The position numbers and the translations under genes were made by a program. Source: Thermoanaerobaculia bacterium (lineage in GTDB: Bacteria; Acidobacteriota; Thermoanaerobaculia; Multivoradales; Multivoraceae). Taken from it: a stretch of DNA of 64,000 nt. The notes under the pieces are model-generated. The model saw only the letters and a list, made by a program, of their open reading frames with translations, was not told the DNA's origin and searched no databases. The DNA is taken from NCBI GenBank assembly GCA_963666565.1, contig OY762911.1:3328001-3392000 (forward strand), in the 5' to 3' direction. This document shows positions 9,715 through 18,748 of this stretch, piece after piece (the stretch's first letter is position 1; every line of letters starts with the position of its first letter).

Positions 9715-10182
9715 TCAGTCGACCTCGAAGACGGCGTCGATCTCGACCGGCACGTTGAACGGCAGCTTGTTCGTTCCCACCGCGAAGCGGGCGTGCCGCC
9801 CCTTGTCGCCGAAGACGTCGACCATCAGGTCCGAGGCGCCGTTGACCACCGCCGGATGATTCTCGAAGTCGTCGCTGCAGTTGACGAAGCCGCCCAGCTT
9901 CACGCAGCGGCGCACGCGTTCCAGGTCGCCGTCGCAGGCTGCCGCCACGACGGCCACGATGTTCAACCCGACCAGGCGGGCCGCCTCTTGCGCCTCCTCC
10001 AGCGAGTAGTCGACGCCCACCTTGCCACGGTAGGCCAGCCGGCCGTCGCGCACAGGTACCTGGCCGGAGACGAAGACGAGCGCTCCGGCGCGGACCCAGG
10101 GAACGTAGTTCGCGGCCGGCGGTGCCGGCGCGGGGAGGATCAGGCCGAGCGCCTTCAGGCGCTCCTTTGCGGTCTCGATCAT
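9715..10182 (-). CDS. RidA/YjgF family protein
   Basis: PAANYVP, VSGQVP, NGASDL and GRHARFAVG motifs; ATG at 10182. Confidence 0.9.
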   Translation of the reverse strand: MIETAKERLKALGLILPAPAPPAANYVPWVRAGALVFVSGQVPVRDGRLAYRGKVGVDYSLEEAQEAARLVGLNIVAVVAAACDGDLERVRRCVKLGGFVNCSDDFENHPAVVNGASDLMVDVFGDKGRHARFAVGTNKLPFNVPVEIDAVFEVD

Positions 10183-10289
10183 CGATGGGCTCCTGTCGGC
10201 TGGTGCGGTCCGGAGCGGCGCCCGAAGGCTGCGCCGCGGAAGGACGCGGAGTGCCTTCCGCGAGGCAGACTCACGGCGAGGCCGGGCCG

Positions 10290-11216
10290 CTAGTTCTCGA
10301 ATGCCGCGAACAGTTCCTCGAACGCCTTGATCTGGTTGCCCGCCGCCGACGAGGGCACCAGGATCGGCGTGCGGACGCCGGCGTCGACCCAGCGCTCGAC
10401 GCCCTCGCGGACCTCCGCCGCCGTCCCGAACAGCGTGCAGTCGGCCAGCCAGCGGTCCGAGAGCAGGGCCGGAATGCGGTCCATCTCGCCCTGCTCTACC
10501 GCCCGCTCCACGGCCTCCATCTCCTCCACGTAGCCGGCCGCCTTCCAGTAGTTCCGGTAGTTCGGCAGCAGCGCGTAGCGGGAGAGCGTCTTGCGGTTGC
10601 GCGCCGCCGCCAGGTCGCGGTCGTCGGAGATGACCGTCGGGATCATGTTGCCAACGAGGAAATCCGGGTCGTCCGCCCGCACGCCCGCCGCCTGCAGGGA
10701 GCGATCCATGCGCGAGCGGGCGCCGTTCGCGAACACGATGCCACTGGCGATCTCGGCCGCCGTCGCGATCATCCGGTCGCGCAGCGTCGCGAGGACGATC
10801 GGCGGCAGGGCGCCGGCGCCGCGCACCGCCTTCAGTTCCTTCACGAAGGCGCGGATGTCCGCCAGCGGTTTGCCTGGCGTCACGCCGAGGCGCTCGTGGG
10901 CCGGCGCATGGCCGACGCCCACCCCGAAGATGAACCGGCCCCCCGACGCCTCGTGGATGAAGGCTGCCGTGTGCGCGAAGTCCGTCACATGGCGCATGTA
11001 GATGTTCACGATCGACGTGCCGAACTGGATGCGCTCGGTGCATAGCGCGATCGCCTCGCACAGCGCCAGCCCGTCGCCCATGCTCGGGCAGTAGATGCCG
11101 CTGAAGCCGCGGCGCTCGATCTCGGCGGCCAGGTCGAGGGTCAGCCGGCGCCGGCCGGGAACGGCCGCGAGCGAGATGGCCGGGAGGCCGTTACGTGCTT
11201 CGGAAGTCGTCGTCAT
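10290..11216 (-). CDS. LLM-class (luciferase-like) oxidoreductase, possibly F420-dependent
   Basis: TERIQFGTSIVNIY, SGGRFIFGVGVG, LPNYRNYW; luciferase-like barrel; near the cof genes. Confidence 0.85.
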   Translation of the reverse strand: MTTTSEARNGLPAISLAAVPGRRRLTLDLAAEIERRGFSGIYCPSMGDGLALCEAIALCTERIQFGTSIVNIYMRHVTDFAHTAAFIHEASGGRFIFGVGVGHAPAHERLGVTPGKPLADIRAFVKELKAVRGAGALPPIVLATLRDRMIATAAEIASGIVFANGARSRMDRSLQAAGVRADDPDFLVGNMIPTVISDDRDLAAARNRKTLSRYALLPNYRNYWKAAGYVEEMEAVERAVEQGEMDRIPALLSDRWLADCTLFGTAAEVREGVERWVDAGVRTPILVPSSAAGNQIKAFEELFAAFEN

Positions 11217-11261
11217 TGCGGCGGCAGGGTATCAGCGGCTGCGGCTACGCTAGCGCCCGCG

Positions 11262-12521
11262 ATGAAGAGACTCGATCCGCATGAGGTCGGCGCGCTGCTC
11301 CGGCCCGGCATGAAGGTTGCCGTCTTCGGCGGCTGCAGCGAGCCCCGGGGCATCGCCGCGGCACTTCATGCGCAACCCGAGGCGACCGCCGGGGTCGAGT
11401 TCACCGTGACCCGCATCCCCGGCATTTCGTCGCCGACGCTGGCGCCCTGGGCCGGTTCGACCGTGCGGAGCTACTTCGTCACGCCGGAGATGCGGGCTGG
11501 CTTCGAGGGCGGGTCCGTCCGCTTCGTGCCGATGCAGTACCGGCACGTCTGGGACGACCTGATGGCGGCGCCCTTCGACCTCGCCATCGCCCAGTTCACG
11601 CCGCCGGACGGGAACGGCGACTGTTCGCTCGGCATTGGCGCCGGGTTTCTGCCGGCGTTGCTGGGACGCCAGGAGATCCCGTTCGTCGCCGAGTGGAACC
11701 GCGCGCTGCCGCGCCTCCCCGGCGCGCCGACGGTGAAAGCGGACCGCTTCGACCATGTCGTCGAGACCGAGGTCGAACCGCCCACGCTGGCCAGCCGGCC
11801 GAGTCCGGCGGCCGAGCGCATCGGCGCCCTGGTCGCGGAACTGATCCGCGACGGCGACTGCATCGAGACCGGCGTCGGCGCGATCCCCGGTGCGGTGCTG
11901 GCCGCTCTGCGGGATCACCGCGACCTCGGCTTCCACTCGGGCCTGCTGTCCGATGGCGTGATGGACCTGGTGGAAGCCGGCGCGCTTACCGGCGCCCGCA
12001 AGAGCATCGACGAGGGGCGCCTCGTGGCCGCCATGGTCCTCGGCACACCGGCGCTCTACGACTGGGCCAGCCAATGCGACCTGATCGACCTGCGCGGCGT
12101 GAACTACACCCACGACGTGAGGGTCATCGCCAAGCTGAAGAACTTCGTCGCGCTGAACTCCGCGGTCGAGGTGGACCTCTTCGGCCAGGTCAATTCCGAG
12201 ATCGTCCGTGGCCGGCAGATCAGCGGCACGGGCGGCGCGGTCGACTTCATGCGGGGCGCCGGGATGTCGCCCGGCGGGCGGTCGATCGTCGCCCTGGAGG
12301 CGACCGCCGGCGGCGGAAGGTTCTCGCGGATCGTCCCGGCGCTACCCGAGCCGCACGCCGCCACCGCGCTCCGCACCGACGCCGACATCTTCGTCACCGA
12401 ACACGGCGTCGCCGAGGTGCGCGGGCTGGACCTCGCCGAGCGCGCCCGGCGACTGGCTCGCATCGCGGCGCCCCGGTTCCGCGAGGAGTTGGAAGCCCGG
12501 ATACCGCACCTGCGTCCGTAG
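11262..12521 (+). CDS. Acetyl-CoA hydrolase/transferase (4-hydroxybutyrate CoA-transferase-like)
   Basis: DGDCIETGVGAIP, NSAVEVDLFGQVNSE, SGTGGAVDF and VTEHGVA motifs. Confidence 0.9.
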   Translation: MKRLDPHEVGALLRPGMKVAVFGGCSEPRGIAAALHAQPEATAGVEFTVTRIPGISSPTLAPWAGSTVRSYFVTPEMRAGFEGGSVRFVPMQYRHVWDDLMAAPFDLAIAQFTPPDGNGDCSLGIGAGFLPALLGRQEIPFVAEWNRALPRLPGAPTVKADRFDHVVETEVEPPTLASRPSPAAERIGALVAELIRDGDCIETGVGAIPGAVLAALRDHRDLGFHSGLLSDGVMDLVEAGALTGARKSIDEGRLVAAMVLGTPALYDWASQCDLIDLRGVNYTHDVRVIAKLKNFVALNSAVEVDLFGQVNSEIVRGRQISGTGGAVDFMRGAGMSPGGRSIVALEATAGGGRFSRIVPALPEPHAATALRTDADIFVTEHGVAEVRGLDLAERARRLARIAAPRFREELEARIPHLRP

Positions 12522-12614
12522 CCGTCGGCACGCCGAACCGAAACGCGGGTCGTTCACGGAAGAAATCGCGGCGGCGGCCGTGTGCCGAACCTCCCCGTAG
12601 AGGGCGCCTGCGCC

Positions 12615-13226
12615 CTACGCCTTCGCGCTGGGCCGCGCCGACACGGCCTGGTGCCACCTCAGCAGGTTCGGCGTCTCCTCGGTCACCTTGAACTTGGTCA
12701 CCCGGCCGAAGTCGATGCCGATCTGGGCGGTGATGTCGGCGATAGTGTACTCGTCGCCGGCAACGAACTCGCGGTCGGCCAACTCCTCGTCGAGCCAGGC
12801 GAGACGCTTCGTCGCGTGGCTGCGCTGGCCCTCGCCGTAGTCGGGGAACTGCTGGATGCGGTCCGCGAAGTACGGGTGGGTGTTGCGGAAGACCTGCATG
12901 ATCGGCAGGGCGACCTCGAGTTCCATCCGCCGCTGCCACATCTCGACGCGGGCCACCTCGGCCGGGCCGTCGCCGCCCATCAGCGCCGGCTCGGGCTGCA
13001 ACTGCTCGAAGTAGCGGCAGATGGCGACCGATTCGGCGATGAACGTGCCGTCGTCGAGTTCGAGCACGGGCACGCGGCCCATCGGGTTCTTCTTGCGAAA
13101 CGGCGCCTGCCGGTTCTCGGCGGCGCCCAGGTCGACCGGCACGACGGGCACCGCGATGCCCTTCTCGGCGAGGAAGATGCGAACGCGGCGACAGTTGGGG
13201 GCGGTGGCTGCTTCGTGTAGCTTCAT
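12615..13226 (-). CDS. Glutathione S-transferase family protein
   Basis: PNCRRVRIFLAEKG, NPMGRVPVLE, ESVAICRY and YTIADI motifs. Confidence 0.93.
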   Translation of the reverse strand: MKLHEAATAPNCRRVRIFLAEKGIAVPVVPVDLGAAENRQAPFRKKNPMGRVPVLELDDGTFIAESVAICRYFEQLQPEPALMGGDGPAEVARVEMWQRRMELEVALPIMQVFRNTHPYFADRIQQFPDYGEGQRSHATKRLAWLDEELADREFVAGDEYTIADITAQIGIDFGRVTKFKVTEETPNLLRWHQAVSARPSAKA

Positions 13227-13429
13227 GGCGTGCGGCGAACTCCCGGAATCTGGATGCTGTTGGTCGAGCGAGGCCCGTGCGGCGACCGTGCAGTCTATCC
13301 CCTGTCGTCGGCCGGCCGACGACCGTCCGGGCGCGGGCGGCCGGACCGGCGGCCGTGCCGTTCGAGCAGAACCGCCCGCGGCCGGCGCCGCCGCCCGTTC
13401 CCCGCGCCATCCGCCAGGCCGAGATCCCG

Positions 13430-14227
13430 ATGATCGACCTGCTGCTCCAACCCTCCTTCTGGGCGGCCCTCTTCTCGGTGACGCTGATCCAGATCGCGCT
13501 CGGCGCTGACAACCTGATCATCATCACGATCATCGCCAACAAGCTGCCGGAGGCCCGGCGCCAGCAGGCGATTCAGCTCGGCCTGATCCTGGCGATGGCG
13601 CTGCGGATCGTCCTGCTGCTCCTCGTCAGCCTCGTCCTCCAGGCCGCGACCGCCGAGCTCTGGCGCCTCGACGGCAGGTTCCTCGGCGTCGATCTCGCCG
13701 GCCGCATCGACGGCAAGTCCCTCGTGCTCGCAGTCGGCGGCCTGTTCCTGATCTGGAAGGGCGTCAAGGAACTGCGAATCAAGCTGAAGGCGGTGGAACA
13801 CGAGGTCGCCAGGGCGAGCCGCTTCGCCGAGGTCGTGACCCTGATCGTCGGCATGAACCTGATCTTCTCGGTCGACTCGATCCTCACCGTCGTCGGCATG
13901 ACGGACATCTTCGCCGTCATGGTCGGCTCGGTGCTGATCTCCGTGGCGCTGATGCTGGCGTTCGCGGCGCCGATCTCCCGTTTCCTGAGCGCCAACCCCG
14001 AGTTCGAGATCCTGGGCCTGTTCGTTCTGCTGCTGATCGGCTTCGTGCTGATCCTCGAGGGCGGCCACAGCGCCCACCTGACGGTCAACGGCGCGGCCAC
14101 GCCGTACATCCCGCAGTGGATCGTCATCTTCATCCTGCTGCTGATGTTCGCGGTCGATCTCTACCAGAACTGGTGGGAGCGCAAGCGGGACGTCGACACG
14201 GTGACGCTCCACCGGCGGAGGAAGTAG
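13430..14227 (+). CDS. TerC family membrane protein
   Basis: LGADNL, GGLFLIWK and FSVDSILTVVGM motifs; ATG at 13430. Confidence 0.88.
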   Translation: MIDLLLQPSFWAALFSVTLIQIALGADNLIIITIIANKLPEARRQQAIQLGLILAMALRIVLLLLVSLVLQAATAELWRLDGRFLGVDLAGRIDGKSLVLAVGGLFLIWKGVKELRIKLKAVEHEVARASRFAEVVTLIVGMNLIFSVDSILTVVGMTDIFAVMVGSVLISVALMLAFAAPISRFLSANPEFEILGLFVLLLIGFVLILEGGHSAHLTVNGAATPYIPQWIVIFILLLMFAVDLYQNWWERKRDVDTVTLHRRRK

Positions 14228-14257
14228 AGGCTTGGCCGGACGTGCCGTTGTGGCGGG

Positions 14258-14644
14258 CTACACCCGACGGACGGGGCCCGGATAGCGCGCCACGGTCTCG
14301 TCCGCCGTCAGCAGCGTGATTCCTTCCACCTGAGCCTGGGCCACGAGCAGGCGATCGAAGGGATCCCGGTGGATCCGCGGCAGGAGATCCACCGCCGCCG
14401 GATGGGCGCCGGTCACGGCCAGTTCGTTGTAGCCGACCTCGAGCAGACCTCGCCTCAGCACTCGGGGGTCCAGCGGGAAGTCGGCTCGCCGAAGCCCGTG
14501 CTTGATGGCGACCTCCCATATCGACGCCGCGCTGAAACGGAGTTCCGTCTCCGGCTCATGGAGCAGCCGGCGGACGTTGGGCGACAGCATCGGAGAATCG
14601 ATGGCCGACCACACCAGGAGGTGGGTGTCGAGGAGCAACGTCAC
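14258..14644 (-). CDS. vapC: Type II TA toxin, VapC (PIN domain)
   Basis: LLLDTH, SAASIWEVAIK, HRDPFDRLL and LLTAD motifs. Confidence 0.93.
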   Translation of the reverse strand: MTLLLDTHLLVWSAIDSPMLSPNVRRLLHEPETELRFSAASIWEVAIKHGLRRADFPLDPRVLRRGLLEVGYNELAVTGAHPAAVDLLPRIHRDPFDRLLVAQAQVEGITLLTADETVARYPGPVRRV

Positions 14645-14883
14645 TCGTCACCGTAGAAGAGACGCTCGATCTCCTTGGCGGCGAGCCCGTCGAAGTCCTC
14701 CGGGATAGCGATGTCTCCCTTGATGAACCCGACCCGGCTCTTCAGAGGCGCTGGCGAGTCGGCCGCGACGACCTTGGCCACCGGCTTGCCGGCGCGGGCG
14801 ATGATGAACGGCTCTCCCGCGGCGACTTCGCGCAAGAGGCGCGAGAGGTGGGTCTTCGCATGGTGGACGTTGACTACTCGCAT
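14641..14883 (-). CDS. Type II TA antitoxin, Phd/YefM family
   Basis: VNVHHAKTHLSRLL...IIARAGKPVA; GTGA overlap with vapC. Confidence 0.92.
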   Translation of the reverse strand: MRVVNVHHAKTHLSRLLREVAAGEPFIIARAGKPVAKVVAADSPAPLKSRVGFIKGDIAIPEDFDGLAAKEIERLFYGDE

Positions 14884-14898
14884 CGTGGTCCTCCGCAG

Positions 14899-14924
14899 TA
14901 TGGACTAACCGACCTTAGTCCATA
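14899..14924. promoter_or_regulatory. Palindromic operator of the TA operon
   Basis: Perfect 10-bp inverted repeat TATGGACTAA-N6-TTAGTCCATA just upstream of the antitoxin start. Confidence 0.75.
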
Positions 14925-15075
14925 ACCGAGAGCCGATCAACACCGGGATCGGCCAACTGGTCCGGGAGGCGGTCATCGAGGGACCGGTTGGCGGCGCAAC
15001 GGTGTACCATCGCCCGGCCTCACGCCCAAGTCCCGGCCGGTGGCCGAGACGTTCTTCGATTCTGCGGGAATCTCC

Positions 15076-15780
15076 ATGTCGGACAACCAGCCAGGCAGCG
15101 GCGCTCTGCCGACTCTCGCCATGCTCGGCGCCACCGGCGATCTGGGTGGCGGCCTCGCCCGGCGCTGGGCGGCCGCCGGCTACCCGATCGTCATCGGCTC
15201 GCGCTCGCGGGAAAAGGGGGCCGGTTCAGCCGAGGACGTGAACAAGCAGCTTCGCGGGCTTGGCCTTGAGACGACGGTTCGCGGCACCGACAACCTGACG
15301 GCCGCCCAGGAGGGCGACATCGTCGTGCTGACGGTGCCCTACGCGTTCCAGCGGGCGACGATCGAGTCCGTTCACGAAGCGATCCAGGGGAAGATCCTCG
15401 TCGACTGCACCGTGCCGCTCGTGCCGCCCAAGGTGGCGCGCGTGCAGCTTCCGGAGGAGGGCTGCGCCGCGAACATCGCGCAAGAGGCGGCCGGGCCCGG
15501 CGTCCGCGTCGTCTCGGCCTTCCAGAACGTCGGCGCCGCGCACCTGCGCGAGGAGGACGCGGTGGACTGCGACGTGCTCGTCACGGGCGACGACCCTGCC
15601 GCGCGCGCCGAGGTCATCGAGTTGATCGAGGCGCTCGGGATGCGGGGCTTGCACGCGGGGCCGCTCGACAACGCGGCCGCGGCGGAGGCGCTTACGTCCA
15701 TCCTGATCCAGTTGAACCGGAAGTACGGCATCGCCGGGGCGGGCATCCGGATCACGGGCGAACCGACCCGAGAACCCTGA
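15076..15780 (+). CDS. npdG: NADPH-dependent F420 reductase (Fno)
   Basis: GATGDLGGGLA, IGSRS, LTVPY, VSAFQNV and DCDVLVTGDD motifs; first gene of the cof cluster. Confidence 0.93.
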   Translation: MSDNQPGSGALPTLAMLGATGDLGGGLARRWAAAGYPIVIGSRSREKGAGSAEDVNKQLRGLGLETTVRGTDNLTAAQEGDIVVLTVPYAFQRATIESVHEAIQGKILVDCTVPLVPPKVARVQLPEEGCAANIAQEAAGPGVRVVSAFQNVGAAHLREEDAVDCDVLVTGDDPAARAEVIELIEALGMRGLHAGPLDNAAAAEALTSILIQLNRKYGIAGAGIRITGEPTREP

Positions 15781-15994
15781 GCGACGTTTCCGCCTCGGAG
15801 TCCCGCCTCGTCCACCGTCCGCCGGACCAGGGCATCCGTGCCGGCACCGAGCCGGCAATGCGTACGATGACTGCGGGAAGCGATGGCGCCCACGCGCAGC
15901 GGCCTCACCACCGACGTACCGGCCGACGATTCAGCGGACGCCACCCCGCGCCGATGCGGGTAGCCTTCCCCGGCCGCCAGCGACCTTGTACGCC

Positions 15995-16756
15995 ATGTTG
16001 AGCCTCCACGCGATTCCCGACCTGCCCGAGGTCCAGACGGGCGACGATCTGGCCGACCTGATCGGCGACGGACTCGACCGCGCCGGGTTGGACCTGCGGG
16101 ACGGCGACGTCCTGGTCGTGGCCCAGAAGATCGTCTCCAAGGCCGAGGGGCGAGTCGTCGATCTGGCGACGGTCGAACCGCGGCCGGAAGCCGTGCGACT
16201 GGCGGCGAAGTGCGACAAGGATCCGCGCCTGATCGAGCTCGTGCTCAGGGAATCCACCGAGGTCCTGCGCACCGTGCCCGGCGTCATCGTGGTCGAGCAC
16301 CGGCTCGGGCTCGTGATGGCGAACGCGGGGATCGACCAGTCGAATCTCCGCCCGGGCGGCGACCACGGGCATGCCCTGCTGCTGCCGGAGGATCCGGACG
16401 CCTCTGCCGCAGTCCTGCGCGAAGCCCTGGCGGCGCGGTTCCGGGTCGAGCGCCTCGGCGTCATCGTCAACGACAGCGTCGGCCGGGCCTGGCGGCTGGG
16501 CACCGTCGGGCTCGCCATCGGCGTCGCCGGCATGACGGCGCTCCGGGACCTCCGCGGCGAGCGCGACCTGTTCGGCCGGGAGCTCCTGGTTTCCGAGACC
16601 GGCGCCGCCGACCAGGTGGCGAGCGCGGCCCAGATCGTCCAGGGCGAGGGCGACGAGGGCACGCCCGTGGTCCGGGTGCGCGGCCTGAAGGAACTCGGAC
16701 CGCCCCAGACCGCCCGTGCCCTGCTGCGGCCCCGCGACATGGACCTGTTCCGATGA
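15995..16756 (+). CDS. cofE: Coenzyme F420-0:L-glutamate ligase
   Basis: VAQKIVSKAEGR, ANAGIDQSN, LLPEDPDASA and NDSVGRAWR motifs; no C-terminal nitroreductase domain. Confidence 0.95.
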   Translation: MLSLHAIPDLPEVQTGDDLADLIGDGLDRAGLDLRDGDVLVVAQKIVSKAEGRVVDLATVEPRPEAVRLAAKCDKDPRLIELVLRESTEVLRTVPGVIVVEHRLGLVMANAGIDQSNLRPGGDHGHALLLPEDPDASAAVLREALAARFRVERLGVIVNDSVGRAWRLGTVGLAIGVAGMTALRDLRGERDLFGRELLVSETGAADQVASAAQIVQGEGDEGTPVVRVRGLKELGPPQTARALLRPRDMDLFR

Positions 16757-18000
16757 GCGGCGACCCCGAGGCGGGGGCCAGGCGAAACGCCGGCGGCGCG
16801 GGGGCCAGGCCAGACGCCGGCGGCCCGGCGACCGGGCGCGGCGACGCACGCTCGCCACACCGCTGCATCGCCCTCTCCGGCGGCGTCGGCGGCGCCAAGC
16901 TGGCCCTCGGCCTCTCGCGCGTCCTGCCGGCCGAGTCGCTGACCGTCGTCTGCAACACCGCCGACGACTTCGATCACCTCGGGCTCCGCATCTGTCCCGA
17001 TCTCGACACGGTGATGTACACGCTCGCCGGGATCTCGAACCGCGTCACGGGCTGGGGCCAGGCGCACGAGACGTGGTCGTTCCTGGAGGCGCTCGCCCAC
17101 CTCGGCGGCGAGACCTGGTTCCGCCTCGGCGACCGCGATCTCGCGACCCACGTGGAGCGGACCCGCAGGCTCCGCGCCGGCGAGGCCCTGACCGAGGTGA
17201 CGGCGGCCCTCTGCGGCGCGCTCGGCATCGCCGCCCGAGTACTGCCGATGAGCGACGATCCGGTGCGCACCGTGGTGCTGGCGGAGGCCGGCGAACTCAG
17301 CTTCCAGCACTACTTCGTGCGCGACCGCTGCGAACCGGCCGTCGCCGGGTTCCGCTTCGAGGGGATCGACGACGCGCGGCCGGCGCCGGACTTCCTGGCG
17401 TCCCTGGACGACGACGCGACGGCGGGCATCGTGATCTGTCCCTCGAACCCCTTCGTCAGCGTCGATCCGGTGCTGGCGCTCGAGGGCGTCGAGGCCGCTC
17501 TGCGCGGCGCCGCGGCGCCCGTCGTGGCGGTGTCGCCGATCGTCGGCGGCGCGGCGATCAAGGGACCGGCGGCCAAGATGATGGCCGAACTGGGGATGCC
17601 GGTGACCGCCGCCGGAGTCGCCCGTCACTACCGGGAACGCGACCTCCTCGACGGCTTCGTGATCGACGAGGCCGACGCCGCCGAGACGGCCGCGATCGAG
17701 GATCACGGGCTGCCCACGCTGGTCACCGGCACGGTGATGCAGACCCTCGCCGACCGCGAACGCCTGGCCCGGGACACGCTCGACTTCGCGCTCGGACTCG
17801 ACCCGCGCCGGCAAGCCGCGCAATCCGGAGGAGACGAAGGCAAGCCAGACGCCGGCGACGACATTCAACGGCGCCTGCGGCGAGAGCAGGTCGGAAGACC
17901 CGCGCACCCGGCGCCACGAACCGGCGGGCGCCAGGCGTCCGAGTCGGATGCCGGGCAGAAGGCCGGCGGGACCGGCGACCGGTCCGAACGCGAAGCATGA
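16753..18000 (+). CDS. cofD: 2-phospho-L-lactate/PEP transferase CofD
   Basis: LSGGVGGAKL, CPDLDTVMYTLAG, WFRLGDRD and PSNPFVS motifs; atypical N- and C-terminal extensions. Confidence 0.95.
   Translation: MSGDPEAGARRNAGGAGARPDAGGPATGRGDARSPHRCIALSGGVGGAKLALGLSRVLPAESLTVVCNTADDFDHLGLRICPDLDTVMYTLAGISNRVTGWGQAHETWSFLEALAHLGGETWFRLGDRDLATHVERTRRLRAGEALTEVTAALCGALGIAARVLPMSDDPVRTVVLAEAGELSFQHYFVRDRCEPAVAGFRFEGIDDARPAPDFLASLDDDATAGIVICPSNPFVSVDPVLALEGVEAALRGAAAPVVAVSPIVGGAAIKGPAAKMMAELGMPVTAAGVARHYRERDLLDGFVIDEADAAETAAIEDHGLPTLVTGTVMQTLADRERLARDTLDFALGLDPRRQAAQSGGDEGKPDAGDDIQRRLRREQVGRPAHPAPRTGGRQASESDAGQKAGGTGDRSEREA
17889..17913 (+). repeat. REP-like repeat copy inside the cofD 3' extension
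   Basis: GGTCGGAAGACCCGCGCACCCGGCG is the exact reverse complement of 47196-47220. Confidence 0.8.
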
Positions 18001-18698
18001 ATGCCGGCGGCCTCTGGGCGGTCCTGCCGGTCAAGGCCTGGTCCGAGGCCAAGCGGAGGCTGTCGCCGGTCCTGAGCGCCGGGGAACGAGAAGGGCTGGC
18101 CCGCGCGATGCTCGACGACCTGCTCGACGCCGTCGCGGCGGCGCCCAGCGTCGCGGGCGCGCTGGCCGTGACCGCGGACGGCGCCGCGGCGAGCTACCTG
18201 GAAAAGGCCGGCTGCGAGGTCCTGGCCGAACCCAGGCGCGGCCTGAACCGGGCGCTCGGCACGGCCGCCGAGGAGCTCGCTCGGCGCGGCGCGGCGACGA
18301 TGCTGGTGCTGCCGATCGACCTGCCCCTGGTCACGCCGGACGACCTGGAGGAACTCTGCGCCCGCCATCTCGACGACCTGGGCGGCGGAGGCAGCGGTCG
18401 GCAGCGGCCGGCGGCGGTCACCGTGGCGCCCGACCGCTTCCGCTCGGGGACCAACGCGCTCGTCTGTTCGCCGCCGGGCTGCATCCCCTTCCGCTTCGGC
18501 GACGGCAGCTTCCATGCCCATCTGCGGGAAGCGGAGCGGGCGGGCGCCGTCCGCTCCAGCCTCTCCCTGGCGAACCTCGGCCTCGACGTGGACCACCCGG
18601 ACGACCTGGCCGAACTGCTCCGGCTCGACCGTTCCGGGCGGACCGGGCGCCTGCTCCGCGGACTCGGCGTGGCGGAACGGCTCCGGAACCGGGACTGA
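17997..18698 (+). CDS. cofC: 2-phospho-L-lactate/PEP guanylyltransferase CofC
   Basis: LPVK...AKRRLS, DLPL, GTNAL, FGDGSF...H and DVDHPDDL motifs. Confidence 0.93.
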   Translation: MNAGGLWAVLPVKAWSEAKRRLSPVLSAGEREGLARAMLDDLLDAVAAAPSVAGALAVTADGAAASYLEKAGCEVLAEPRRGLNRALGTAAEELARRGAATMLVLPIDLPLVTPDDLEELCARHLDDLGGGGSGRQRPAAVTVAPDRFRSGTNALVCSPPGCIPFRFGDGSFHAHLREAERAGAVRSSLSLANLGLDVDHPDDLAELLRLDRSGRTGRLLRGLGVAERLRNRD

Positions 18699-18748
18699 TA
18701 CCGTTCGCTATCCGTTGCGGGCCGGCTCTCTCCCCCGCCGCCGTCGCC

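Noticed and set aside
10234-10262. Hairpin CGCGGAAGG...CCTTCCGCG as an intrinsic terminator
   Set aside because: No U tract on either strand, so a function cannot be supported.
15781-15990. Short ORFs or ncRNA in the npdG-cofE spacer
   Set aside because: No convincing RBS, motif, repeat match or stable structure seen.
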